Source: Azolla caroliniana | Taxonomy: Eukaryota; Plantae; Polypodiophyta | Length of the DNA: 64,000 bases | Reading direction: 5' to 3' | Assembly (NCBI GenBank): GCA_043228905.1 | Contig: JBHGNT010000008.1 | Span: 744,001 to 808,000, forward strand | In this document: piece by piece, positions 1 to 12,182 of the stretch | Position numbering within the stretch: the stretch's first letter is position 1 | Layout of the letters: every line of letters begins with the position of its first letter | Position numbers and translations under genes: made by a program | Notes under the pieces: model-generated | Seen by the model: only the letters and a program-made list of their open reading frames with translations | Database searches by the model: none | Told to the model about the DNA's origin: nothing

Positions 1-54
1 GTTGAATTTCTGTGCTGGATTTGGATCATGAATTATGGTGTAATTTCATTATAG

Positions 55-1308
55 GTTGTTCAAGATACATTAAATGTAGGTGCTGAAACAGCTCAGTCAC
101 TGAAGGGGCAGGTAGTAAACTGTAACAGTGACAATATTTGTTTTCTGACATTTTATTAGTCTTTGTGTAAATATATGAATGTAATGGTCCTTGAGTATAT
201 CTCAATAGAAATATGCTGATATGAGAACTTACAACTCTTGCTTACTTCATTGAGATGCACCCAAGGACCATTAAATTCATAGATCTGTATTGTGGTAAAA
301 TCTTTCAACGGCCTAGATACTATGTAAGACCTATAATGTAACTTGCACTGGGCTTTAATACAGTGAGATTTCTCTGCAGTATAAGACGCTGTACTACTGT
401 TTGCATCTCTCATAAACTATTAGCCTTATGTCAAAAAGAATATGGTCGCAGAGACATATTAACATTATCTTACAAGCCACATGAAACATCATGTCATTGT
501 AAATAAAGGAAGGAAAACAATTGTGGTTGCAAATTACAATGCTGTAAAATAATATTATTATATTTATGGTGAAATTTGAGAAGCATGCCTCAGCTATATA
601 ATGAAGGACAAATTTTGGGCCTTTGAATTCAGATATCCATGGCTGGGCCCTTTTGATTTGTAGCTGAGTTCCAAACAATCGATAAGAACACAAATTTATC
701 ATAACTAATACCTAGTATAAGGAATTTGGATATGAAAGTGTCTGTAAAGTGAATGAATTTAACATCTAGAAAATAGTAAAGGGTGCAACAAAATAGTTAA
801 AATTTATCCCTTTTAAAATATGGGCTTTCAGACGGAGCAAATGGGTCGTATTGTCAATGAACTTGACTCAATTCAGTTTTCAATCAAGAAAGCATCTCAG
901 CTTGTGAGGGAGATTGGTAGGCAGGTAAACATATGAAGCCATTTTATGTATATCTCTTTCATGTCTTACAGATGTAAAGGTAATCCTCTGATGTAACCTA
1001 CTGATAAAATGCAGATTGCTACCGACCGCTGCATCATGGCATTTCTGTTTTTGATTGTTTGTGGAGTCATTGCCATTATTGTTGTAAAGGTACTGTAAGT
1101 CATTTTCGATGCACTTGCATAACAGGAAAAGAAAGGTTAAAAGGAACTGGCATTTTTGTGGTATTAGTTTTAATTTGCTAGTTTTGTTTGTGTATAGATT
1201 GTTCATCCAAACAACAAGAACATTCAAGACATCCCAGGACTGGCTCCTCCTGCAAGTGGTAATAGCCGTAGGCTCTTGTTTGTGTTGGACTCAGACAGGC
1301 TTTTTTGA
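55..1308 (+). CDS. NPSN: Novel plant SNARE (NPSN11/12/13-like), last four exons; 5' part lies outside the window
   Basis: GT-AG exons 55-111, 832-924, 1015-1089, 1198-1308 give VVQDTLNVGAETAQSLKGQ-TEQMGRIVNELDSIQFSIKKASQLVREIGRQ-IATDRCIMAFLFLIVCGVIAIIVVK-IVHPNNKNIQDIPGLAPPASGNSRRLL..*: SNARE motif, TM helix and the typical NPSN C-terminus. Confidence 0.9.
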
Positions 1309-3586
1309 GTTTGATGGCTAGAGCTACAAAATGTGGTAAGAATCTCAAGTGATGACATAGCTGCTGCTCTCAAGAAAGATTGATGGTGTGAAATTTGTGA
1401 TGCTCTTTATAACCTGCCTCACTACACAAGCCTTGAAAGTTATCTTTCCTGGAAATGTGAGGCGGAGAGTTCTCCTCATGTGAATCAAGTTTTTGCCAAT
1501 GAACATTTTATGAGTAGGTTGAGCATGAGGAGAACTTTTGCAAGTTTTCAGTATAATATTGAATGTATTGTTAGGGTTTAAACAATGATGACTAAGTACG
1601 TCTATAGTCTCTGTTTTTGTTGGATTTGGCTGGAAGCTACATTCTTTCACAAATAGCCACCATAGTTGTTGGCATACATTCTTTTGGTGGACAGGTTTTT
1701 TAATGTTATGTAAAACTATGGTCTTTGTTGCCATCCCCTTGTAAGTAGATCAATTCAATCAGCATGTTGATAATACAATCTCCATTCATTAGATTTTGAC
1801 TGCTGTTGTTTGCTTTTCTTACCAACCTGATATTTAATCCAGTATTATGGTCATTCAGCCCCCCTTATTTTGACAATAACTGTCTTATTTTGACGTTGTT
1901 TGTGTAAGCACATACTTCCATATGGAAGATTCTGCCATTTTTTATCCTAACTATATTGTTGGCAGATGTCATTAATTAATGCCAATATATCGTCCCGTTT
2001 GAATCAGTGATAGTCATTCTGCAGTGATGATGTTACTGCAACCCTTGGTTAACCCATGTCGTTCAAACAACACTTTCAAACCACTTGTTAGCTTAAGATG
2101 GAATTTCTGAAGACAAAGAAGACAGATGAATTGAGGGTCAGACATCAAGGTAGTGTTGAGGTAATTCAACTTTGACATTGCCTTGTTCGTTGGAGTGCCA
2201 TTATCACTCTCAAAGAGTTTTTAAGTATGCTTAGTGAAAGCAATGAACTAAGTGGAAAATGTGGAGAAAACTTGCCTTTGTCAACATGTTCCACAGGCAG
2301 ATCTAATGGATCATCTGCAGATGGAACAAGGAACTTGCAGATTTGCTAGTCATAGAAAATCAACTATGATTAACTTATTAACTGAAATGCTCCATGTTAG
2401 CTCAGGCATGTTCCTTTTTGAAGTACTCATCGTTGGCATGTCCTATCGATAAAGAAAGAAACCTATGTAGACTGAAGGAGGTTGGCCTGTTCAAAAGGTT
2501 CAAATTGTCTTGTGTGACTAATTGACAACAAAGAATCTTGTGCCGAGTCTCTTGGATCTTGTGTAAAGTCTCTTTATTTACCTCTACCAACTTAGAAGGT
2601 GTAACATGAAGGGTGTTCTTGGGATTTTTCAAGGGCTATACTATCCTTAGTCAAGGTATTTTATTTCACATTGTTGGTAAACATGACTCCTGAAATTACT
2701 CCAACTTAGTGTTGACTTAATCATATGAGATGAGCTGAAATGTTTAATTGGTTCATTGATCTTATATCCAATAATCTTCTTGGTCTTAGGAGAATCAAGG
2801 ATAAAAAATCACATGATGTACATGGCCATATTTACCAATATCAAATAAATTAGTTCTATTTGTCATCTTGCATCAATTTACTTGAAGGTAGTGAAACTTT
2901 TTAACTAGCATCTATTCAAATACTTGTCCAAGCTTTATAGTCAAGTTACTTATCCTTACTAGAGATGTTTTTGTGGACTTAGTGAATCTATTTTGTTTTG
3001 CTATTTGTGCATGGTAGTATTGTGGCAAAAGTTTTATGATCGTCAAAACATCTTCCAATTTCTAGGCCCCATAGCTTCTACATTTTGGATTTTTTTCTAG
3101 ACGTTTATGCATGCCCACTCATAAAGAGTTTTCCAATATATTTCTTACATGACATTCTTTGAGTAAGAGAATCATAAATATAGTTCTCATTCTCATTTAT
3201 GTAAAATAAGAGATTAGGGCATGGGTGAGACGTCATCAACCATGCACATTACTATGCCCCCATCTAGTTCACAAATCCACAAATTATACTCTTCGAATAC
3301 TCACACTTAAATCACATTTAAGAACTTAATTTGTACATTTTTGTTCATCATGTTTAGTCTTGAGCTTCACACCAACAATGTGGATTTTTATTCACAATGT
3401 TTAGTATTGAGCTTCTTGTAGAGGGTAGCATGACATTAGGCTTAGATAAATGAAAGTGTTGTCTGTTATGATTAAATAAACCTTAAGACATGACTGGTGG
3501 TGGGTTACTAAGATAGGAAAGAACCATTTGCCTCTACCAAGTATCACAAGTTTTATTCATGATATTCACGTCTTCGAGTTAATTAG

Positions 3587-4021
3587 TGTTGAGCGGACAA
3601 GGTCAACCTGATCCGGATCGGTTGAGTAAACTAGAGCCGGATCGGTGACCGGAGAAGAGGGCCGGATCGGAGAGCTGGACCCATGTGCGAACCTGTAGGC
3701 CGTTGGAGGTCTACACTCCTAGACTACTAGGTAGTTATCCTAGGAGTTAGTGTCAGTCACTTGTACGAGCAATGAAGTGCATGTTAGTACTTTTGTCAGT
3801 CCTTTATGGACTTGTATAAAAGGGCTCTCTAAGCACATTGTATAGAGAGACACAAAGTAATATTTTGTAATTTCAGTTTTATGCAATTTTGCTCTATTTG
3901 TCTCTGTCTCTCCCCCGTACTCAGTGTGTGTAATTTAAGTTTTCCATTAAACCTAAGATCTATCTTCTATTGCTATCCGGTTGAGCCGGTTTGTTTAAGC
4001 TTTCACATTACTTCTTTTACA
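3587..4021 (+). repeat. Copia 5' LTR
   Basis: TGTTGAG...TTTTACA; homologous to 24639-25113 with many substitutions and a shorter CCGGATCGG repeat block. Confidence 0.93.
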
Positions 4022-4033
4022 TGGTATCAGAGC
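4022..4033 (+). promoter_or_regulatory. Primer-binding site, tRNA-iMet (Copia)
   Basis: TGGTATCAGAGC immediately after the LTR. Confidence 0.92.
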
Positions 4034-4119
4034 ATAAGGGTTGAGAATCCTCAATTGCGGACAAGCGAATCATCAAAGACAAACCCAAACCTAACATCCG
4101 GTAAGAATAGAAACAAGAT

Positions 4120-6632
4120 ATGGATAGCGGGATGGCAAACTCGCTTCCAACTAAGAAGCTTGACAGGAACAATTATGCATCTTGGTCGTACAAGATGCAC
4201 CAATACCTTTTGGGGCACAGTTACTGGAGTTATGTCGGAGCAAATGAAGTAGTGCCAGAGTCGACACACAAGGACTTCCCGGCATAGGAACAAGTAGCGA
4301 GTAGGGTGTTGTACTGCCTTGCGTCCTATGTGCACGATCAAATGCTCGGCTACATCAGAGACGCGAAGTTGCCGAAAGAAGTCTGGGAAAATCTGAAAAA
4401 GATTTCCACCACCAGTACCACGGCCCGTAAGTTGCAGCTTCGGCAAGAGCTCAACAACATCCGTCAAAGGGACATGACGGTTACGGACTACACCACCAAG
4501 ATCAAGGAGATCTGCAGCGCACTAGGGTCCATTAATGTGATGGTAGATGAAGACGAGATGGTGCATATCTGCCTCGGTGGTCTAGTGCAGAGGTACGACC
4601 CTATCCAGATGATGATTTGCACTCGGGAAAATCCACTGTCCTTCTTTGACCTACAATCGACGTTGATGGTCGAGGAAAACCACATGAGTGGATTGAGGAC
4701 CACTCAACCAGACAACCAGATGCTATACACAGAGGCGGATTGGCCCCGTGGGCGTGGAGGACGAGGTGGGGCAACACACAATAGCGGCGGCCCACAAGTC
4801 TACTAGAATCGGAGGCACAAGGATAGCGCCGACAATAGTTCTAGACCCTCGACAAGCAAGGGGAGTCAAGGCGGTGCTGGAAGCCGGCAATCGAAGGCCG
4901 ATATGGAATGCTAATATTGTGGCAAGAAAGGCCACAAGGAAAGCAATTGTTGGAAAAAGCGTGCCGATTCGGATAAATCTAGATCTGACAATGCCGGACA
5001 AGAAAATTGGCAAAGCTCGCACTACGCAGAAAGATCAGAAGGATTCAGAACCGGAAAGTCCGGAAACGGGCCAACCTTTGTGATGAAGCACAAGGCAAAC
5101 TCAATGAAGAAGACAACTTCCAAATCGGAGGAAGTGTGGTATGTTGTCTCCAAAGCGTCTAACGACATGAAGAGCCACAAAGAGGGGGTCTCATATTTGA
5201 AAAAAATTGGAGAAATCGGGAGTCGTCGAAACCGGAGACGACACTCCTCACCCGATCGAACATGTCAGAGAAGATCCCCTTAGCCATGTCAAACAGAAAG
5301 GGAAGCTTATGAACGTGCTTCACATCCCGACAATCACAAAGAACCTGGTGTCGGTCGGACATATCGTCGACCAGGGGATGCAAGTGAGGTTTACGCACCT
5401 CGGGTGCTTCATTGAGGAAGAGAGCCAAATCATTGCGCAAGGGCGCCAAGTTAGGCATATGTTTATCCTCAACACCAACGATGTAGGCACCACTTTGTTC
5501 GCAAAAGGACAGAATGTCGAGAAGGATATCGACTTGTTGCACAAGTGGATCGCCCACGTCAATTATCAAAGGCTTCAGAACCTACAGTCAAAATAGGTTG
5601 TGTTCGGATTGCTGAAATTTAGTGGCTGGAAGGCCCGAATTTGTGAAGCCTGGCAACTCGGGAAGCAACACCAGCTTCCATTCCCCTCCGAAAGAAACCA
5701 GAGCCGTAACAAGCTCGACTTAATACATTCAGACGTATGGGGACTAACACAGAGCGTTAGTCTTGGGGGAGGTCGATATTTCGTTTCCTTCATCGATGAC
5801 TATAGCCGACACACATGGATCTATCTGATCGAAAAGAAAATTGAAGTTTTAGACTGTTTCTGGAACCTACAAAGCCTTGTCGAACGGAAAACAAAGAGGA
5901 AGATGAAGTACCTGCAGTCGGATTGCGGAAAAGAATAGTTTTTCGCCGGGTCAATTCAGTTGTTATTTGCAACAGAAAGGAATTCGAAGGGAATTCAACT
6001 ACCGATACACACCAGAATAGAACAACGTAGCCGAGAGGAAGTCGATCATCGAGGTGGCAATGGCAATGTTAGAAGAAAAGAGCATGCCCAAGTTCTACTG
6101 GGCCAAAGCGGTTCGGACGATCGTCTACATCCATAATCGAATTGGGGAGAAGGTGTCAGCACAAGAGTTGTATTTCGGGCGGAGCCGAATTTAAGACACC
6201 TTAGGGTATTCGGTAGCATAGCCTATGTGCATGTACCGAATGAGATGCGGAAGACACTACATCCGAAGTCGGAGAAGTGCATATTAGGCAGTTAGTGACA
6301 TGAGCAAAAAGGGTATAAGTGTTATAACCCCCGGACGAAGAAAATCCGAGTAAGCGGAGATCTCGAATTTGACAAGTCGGCGGACTGGTACTCTCTACCC
6401 ACTCCAACCCCCAACTTTGACCCGATTCCGGAATATGAGGCCAATGAGCCCGAAATGATCTGGGGGGAAGAAGAAGAAGAGTTCGGTACTCGAGACGAGA
6501 TTCCGATCTCATTCCGGCTGAGTGGGCCGAAAGAAGAGCTAAGTCAGAAAGACCACCAAGATGATTAGCCGGCGAGTAGTGTAGACTTGGTAGCGCTCTC
6601 CCCGCACAAGAAACCGAGGAGATGGTTCACGC
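4120..6632 (+). pseudogene. Copia gag-PR-integrase, disrupted by stops and frameshifts
   Basis: KKLDRNNYASWSYKM gag start; UBN2-like ORF 4306-4806; zinc knuckle C*YCGKKGHKESNC; integrase LIHSDVWG..YFVSFIDDYSR. Confidence 0.9.
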
Positions 6633-7578
6633 TGTCGTGAAGATCCGTCACTACGCGCGGATCGTGAGGCGGAACCGCCGGGGTTCTGGACCAGAAGGAT
6701 TTAGAGTCGATACAATCTTTGGCGAGAAAGTACTTAAGATAGATTGGGAAAGAGAGAAGATGAGATTACACGATTGATTTGATAACAAATTTCTTCTTCT
6801 TAATTTTCATAAAAAAAACCCCTCCTTTTTCTCCTCCCCCTCCCTCTTTTATAGATGCTCTCATGCATATGATGCATGTGAGGGTACAAGACATGCATAA
6901 ATTGCATGTTTGCCATTTGGCGCTTAAGTATTACATGTGGTGCATGCTAACCATGTCACTCATTTTAGCTCTCATGTATGAGAATTTACATGTAAAAGTA
7001 TAATGATAGAAATATAATTTCAACTAAATATCATGGCTTAGTGGTAAGCCATTTGACTCTTAACTTGGAGGTGCAAGGTTCGAATCCATACTTGCCCTCC
7101 TTGTATATGTATATATATTTATATATTTATTTTATCTAGTCGCCGGATCGCCGGATACCGTCGCCAGATACCGGTGCCGCCGCCGGATGCCGTCGCCGGT
7201 CCGGTTTTGGTTGGCCAAAACCTTTTTCGAGTAGCTAGCCACCTCCACTCTAAGTTCAAGTTACTTTGAACTCTCTATGCTCCACACATAGACACAAAGA
7301 TAATATCTTTTGCTCCACCTTATATATGATGAGAGCCGTATTTGTCGTGCCTATGTGGGATATCTCACAATTTTCTCTTTTCTTTTCACAAACTTTATAC
7401 CCTCATATCTTGACATTTAGTTGTCCATTTCTCGTGTAATAAAGTGCATTCGAAACCTCCATCATTTTGTACTTAGATATTAAAAATATTATCTTCACAA
7501 TTATTGTATTACATGATTCATACTCGATTTCGTACGTTTTATGGGATTTTCACACTATTGCCGAAAATCTTCACGACA
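6633..7578 (-). repeat. G1 3' LTR (946 bp)
   Basis: Near-identical to 21232-22281 except for a ~100-bp shorter GC-rich CCGG repeat block; adjacent to the PPT. Confidence 0.93.
7034..7087 (+). promoter_or_regulatory. tRNA-derived Pol III A/B-box cassette inside the G1 LTR (second copy 21635-21688)
   Basis: A box TGGCTTAGTGG (7034-7044) and B box GGTTCGAATCC (7077-7087) at tRNA spacing; D-arm hairpin TGGCTTA/TAAGCCA; CTCTTAA loop; acceptor and anticodon stems do not pair. Confidence 0.7.
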
Positions 7579-9033
7579 TCCACCCCCACCAAACCGCACG
7601 TCCTCCGGTACGTGCCAAGAAGAGAAGAAGTGAGATTTTGGCTACGATGATCAATTAGTTTCCTCCATGTCTTCATTTTCATCCGGCCTATTATGTTCAT
7701 CGTCGAGGTAATCGAGGTCAGGATCCTTGTCTTGTCTTTTCTTGAAAAGCTTTACTCTTTTTCCCGCAATGGGTACGGCCAACCTTGATCCGTCTAGTTC
7801 CGCAAGGTGGTATGTGGCATTATCGTTGGCACTTGTCACCACATACGGCCCGGACCATCTTCTTGCGAACTTCCTTGTTGTACTATGTTGATTGTCAAGG
7901 GTGTTGTCGTAAACCAAAACCCAATCCCCTTCTTCAATCTTCTTGGGACGAAGTCGATGCGTGTTGTCGAACCGAACTTTGTTCTTTACTCGGGCTGCCT
8001 TCATCATCTTTCGCGCTTTTTCTAAATCTTCAGGTCTTCTTTCAAGTTGCCTTATCCGCGCCGCTAATAACTCTTCTCGACTCATCTCGTTCTCCCACGG
8101 TATCGCTACCCATGAGGCGATCGTCCTTTCGATGGGCATAATCGGCTTTTGTCCATACATAAGCTCCGTCAGCATATACCCTGTCACCGAGCTATGTGTC
8201 GTTCTATCGGCCCACAAGGCATAGGGTAATAGTCGTGGCCAATTCCCGACTCGACCATTGCATGCCCGTACGATGGCTTTAATGATAGGTCCATGCCCTC
8301 GCTCGATCTTCCCATTTGCTTCCGGATTGTAGGCAGTCGTGAGGGAGAGCTTCACGCCTAGTCTTTCGAAGAGCTCCGTCGCTTCGTGCGCGTCCAACTC
8401 CCCTCGGTTGGCCACTATCTTCCCTACACATCCATATCGGCAAACAACATCTTCAAGTAAAAATTTACAAACGGCTGAAGTCGTCTTATTTGTCAAGGCT
8501 CGTCCTTCCACTTGATTTGTCAAGTCTTCCCTTGCGAGCGCTAAGTACTTCATTTGTCCCACTCCCATTGGCATCGAGACCAGATCCACCATCCATTTGA
8601 AGTGAATGGTGAGTGGGTATGTCGGGTTTAACTCATCACGATGACGTATATTTGAATATATTTGGCAAGTTTCACATGTGGACACGAAATGGAGTACATC
8701 TTTATACATGCTTGGCCACCAATACTTCTCCTTCAATTTTTCGAACGTCGCCCATGTTCCTCTATGACCTGCCCAAGCACTCTCGTGGAATTCGGTCATC
8801 AGCGTCTCTTGCTCTTCTTTCTTTACCACCACTCGACGTGGTATTCCTGTCCTTCTTTTTGGATGTCGCTAAAGGAATCCTCCCCTCAAGAAGTATCGGT
8901 AAGCTTTCTTTCGGATTCGTAGGGCCTCCTCCTTTGTTAACGAAGCATCTGTCATCAATGTTCTTAGGAATCTACCGATGAGTAACCATTCTCCTTCGTA
9001 CTCGTTCTCGTTGAAGGCGTGGAGGGTTTGCGT

Positions 9034-9788
9034 TGTCGTAGTGTAGGTTGCACACTATGTGGAAATTATATTTTTGTCCCTCCGGGATAGAGAATGGAGT
9101 GCTCGGTGAGAACCGGAAGAAAACGGCATACCGACAAGGAGGAAAACGGCATACCGGCAAGGAAGAAAACGGCATACCGGCAAGGAAGAGCCGGATAAAG
9201 AGACATAAATGTAAAAAAAGAAAAAGGAAATACTCACTACTGCACAGGGCGTGATTCGAACTCTGCACCTCCACGTTGACAAACCCCAACCTTACCATTA
9301 CATTAACTTATCTAGCGACTAAAAAGTGCGTGAATATTTTATAGAAAAACGCAAGCGACTAAAAAGTGACTCATGCACATCTAGCGTGCATGAGCACTAT
9401 ATTTAGCAAATAAAAGCAAGGATTAGAAAAGCATCACATGCACATTTAGTGTGCATGAACATATTAGAAAAAGCATGTAGCTATGCTTAGTCTCTCCCAT
9501 CACTATATAAGGATGGGGAGCACATTGTAGTTTTTGTTGATTTTTTTGGATTAAGTATTAATCAATACAAAAATTATTCGTGGGATTCACGATTTATACA
9601 TCTACTTCTCTCTTAACACCCTAAGTACCAATTAATATAGTATACTCGTGTGATTCACGAGTTTCTTATCTTTCTCTTTGCTATTTACTCATAATTAATC
9701 TCTATCTCACGAACTTCTTTCTCCTAGTCCCAGACCTCTGTGGTTCCCACCCGACTCACGCAACGATCCGGAGCCGAAAGGCACGACA
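9034..9788 (+). mobile_element. Solo LTR of a G1-related family inserted in G1 pol
   Basis: TGTCGTAG...GCACGACA termini; 4-bp TSD GCGT (9030-9033 / 9789-9792); TATA near 9504; three ~23-bp AAAACGGCATACCGGCAAGGAAG repeats; 3' end resembles G1 U5. Confidence 0.88.
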
Positions 9789-11938
9789 GCGTGTCTTGGT
9801 CTTCCGTCGACAATCGAGCCATCTTGAAGAAGTTGAGGGCGACATCTTCATCTTCCGAAACCATGTTACTTCCATTTGAAAATCTTGCCCTCGACAGCAT
9901 GTCAGCCATGGCGTTCTTCTTCCCTGCGATGTGACGGATCTCTGGGTTTAAAGACTTGATGTAGGCGATCCACCTTAGCATAGCAAGATCTGGGGTCGCA
10001 CATCCCGAGACCATTCCGAGAATTGGGAGACAATCTGTCTCTATTATCACTTCTGACCCGATCAGGTAATCTTTGTCCGTCTTCACTGCCGACACAATAC
10101 CCCAAAGTTCCCGCTTGACTTGGGCATATCTTTGTTGCCGTTCGCTGAGAACCTTTGCTCCGAACCGGACGACATATCGCGCATTATCTTCACCTTCTTG
10201 GTTGATGACCCACCCGATTCCGGTCGGACTCGTATCTACGGTCACGTAAATTGGTTTCCCTTCGGCATAGTCGGCCTTCCTTAGTGCCGGAGCTTCAAGA
10301 AGCAGTTTTTTTAATCCTCGCATCGCTTCTGTGTGCTCGCTCGCCATTCGAACTTTATTCTTTTCTTTAGTAGTCCATATAACGGTTCGGCGACATGAGC
10401 GTAGTGAGGAATCCATATATGATAAAACGCGCACGCTCCAAGGAACCTTCGAACCTCCGTTTGGTTTTCGCATTCTTCTCTCATGTCTTGGATTGCGTTC
10501 ACTTTGGATGGCGAGGGCTTCCGGCCGTATGCTCCACACAAGTGACCTACCACCAAGATCTCCGGTTGCCCAAATGCGGATTTTTCTCCCGAAAATGTCA
10601 AATTTGCATCTTCGAACCTTTGAAGCACCTTCTCGCAATCTTTCACATGATCCGCAACGAACTTTCTACAACCTTCCTTATCTTTCGATTCATCTTTCTC
10701 CTCATCCGAACATCCTTTTATCGGAATATCATCCAAGAATGGCATCGTGATGTCCGGAATGCAATCCTTCAAGACTTTATTCATGGCATTCACCATATGA
10801 GCCACCGAGTTCGTTGCGCCTTGGGGTAACGTACACATCCGCACAAGCCCGATCGGAGTCCTCATGGTTGTAATGTCCCGATTGTCGATCGCCAATTGGA
10901 ATTGGTCATATCCGGAGTAGAGATCGCCAATGGAGTAGATGGACCGGCCCGCAAACGCTTCGGCAAATTCGTCCACGCTCGGACCGATTCCGGCATTTCG
11001 AATTGTCACCTTGTTGACGTGTTGAAGATCTTGGATGAATCGCAATGATCCATTCTTCTTCGGCACCGTGAACCACCTATTGGAATAAGGAACATTTGAC
11101 GGTTCTAGAATTCCCATACTCACCTTCTCCTTTAAGAGCTCGATCAGCTTCGGAAGGTGTGCTCTCGGAACCGGTATCGGTTTCAAGTTCCAAGGCACAT
11201 GAGGCACCGTGAATGTTACGGGCATGACCATATAATATCCCGTGGTGAGAATTGTCGTAGTATTCTATACACGTGGATAAGTGTGAGGGTTAAACAAAGA
11301 GTCTAAAGAAGGGGAGGATTACTTTTAATCCTCGGGATTGAGACAACCCATGAGGCCAAGTGTGAACATGGCTGGGGGCCTTGAGAATTACTATAAATAA
11401 GAGGCCTAGCTACCCTCATTTGATCATGCATTGACTACGTCGAGACTCTGTCCGTGAGTGGAACGACTCTTGTAGCAAGCGCGCTATCATCCAGGTACGA
11501 CTCGACGCCAAGGCGGTGGTATGGGACGCCGATCGAGGCTCGAGTCCGTCTCGATCCCTTCGCTCGGGGGTGGTCGGGTGGATCGGCACCCTTCTTTCTC
11601 TCTTTTCTCTCTATTCTTTCTAGATCTATCATTGATATATCCTTATTTTATGCTTACTTTAGTACCTAATCTCTAATATTTGGTATCAGAGCTCATGTAC
11701 TAACGTTTCTTTTGGTTTTCTTTTTGTCTTCGCGTGGGATGGCGATTGATCGTTGTGCGGTCGCCTTCATGCAGACAAGGATTAGCGAAAGAACTTCGGT
11801 AAATTTTCCTTAATTTTTTATCTAATTTTTCTTCTCCCTTCTATACATGTGTATACTTAATATGTAGTTTTTTTTTCATATATTCAATGATGTTGACGTG
11901 GTATTTAATTGGTTATCTTAAACGTTTACATATGTCCA

Positions 11939-12182
11939 CGAGGTCAATACCTCGTTTGACATATAAATCATATGTGATGAGTGTCGTATGCGTACGAGGT
12001 TACTACCTCAATTGCGTATTACGTTCACGAACATATGTTACGTTCGCGTACGAGGTCAATACCTCGATTCGTTCGAAATGATATGCGTTGGATTTACTAT
12101 GCGTAAGAGGTCAATACCTCAATTGCGAATTACGCTTAACCTTATTTTCGGATGTTTCGTGTGCGTAGAGGTATATGCCTCG
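11939..12182 (+). repeat. Array of five palindromic GAGGT-N4-ACCTC units spaced 55-61 bp apart in the G2 leader
   Basis: Units start at 11939, 11995, 12051, 12106 and 12167; homologous array at 42655-42901. Confidence 0.85.

Noticed and set aside
7025-7100. Functional tRNA-Lys gene
   Set aside because: Acceptor, anticodon and T stems do not pair, and the other LTR copy has a changed anticodon loop
11939-12182. CRISPR array
   Set aside because: Eukaryotic retrotransposon leader, 14-16-bp degenerate repeats, no cas genes, and spacers are homologous between the two family copies
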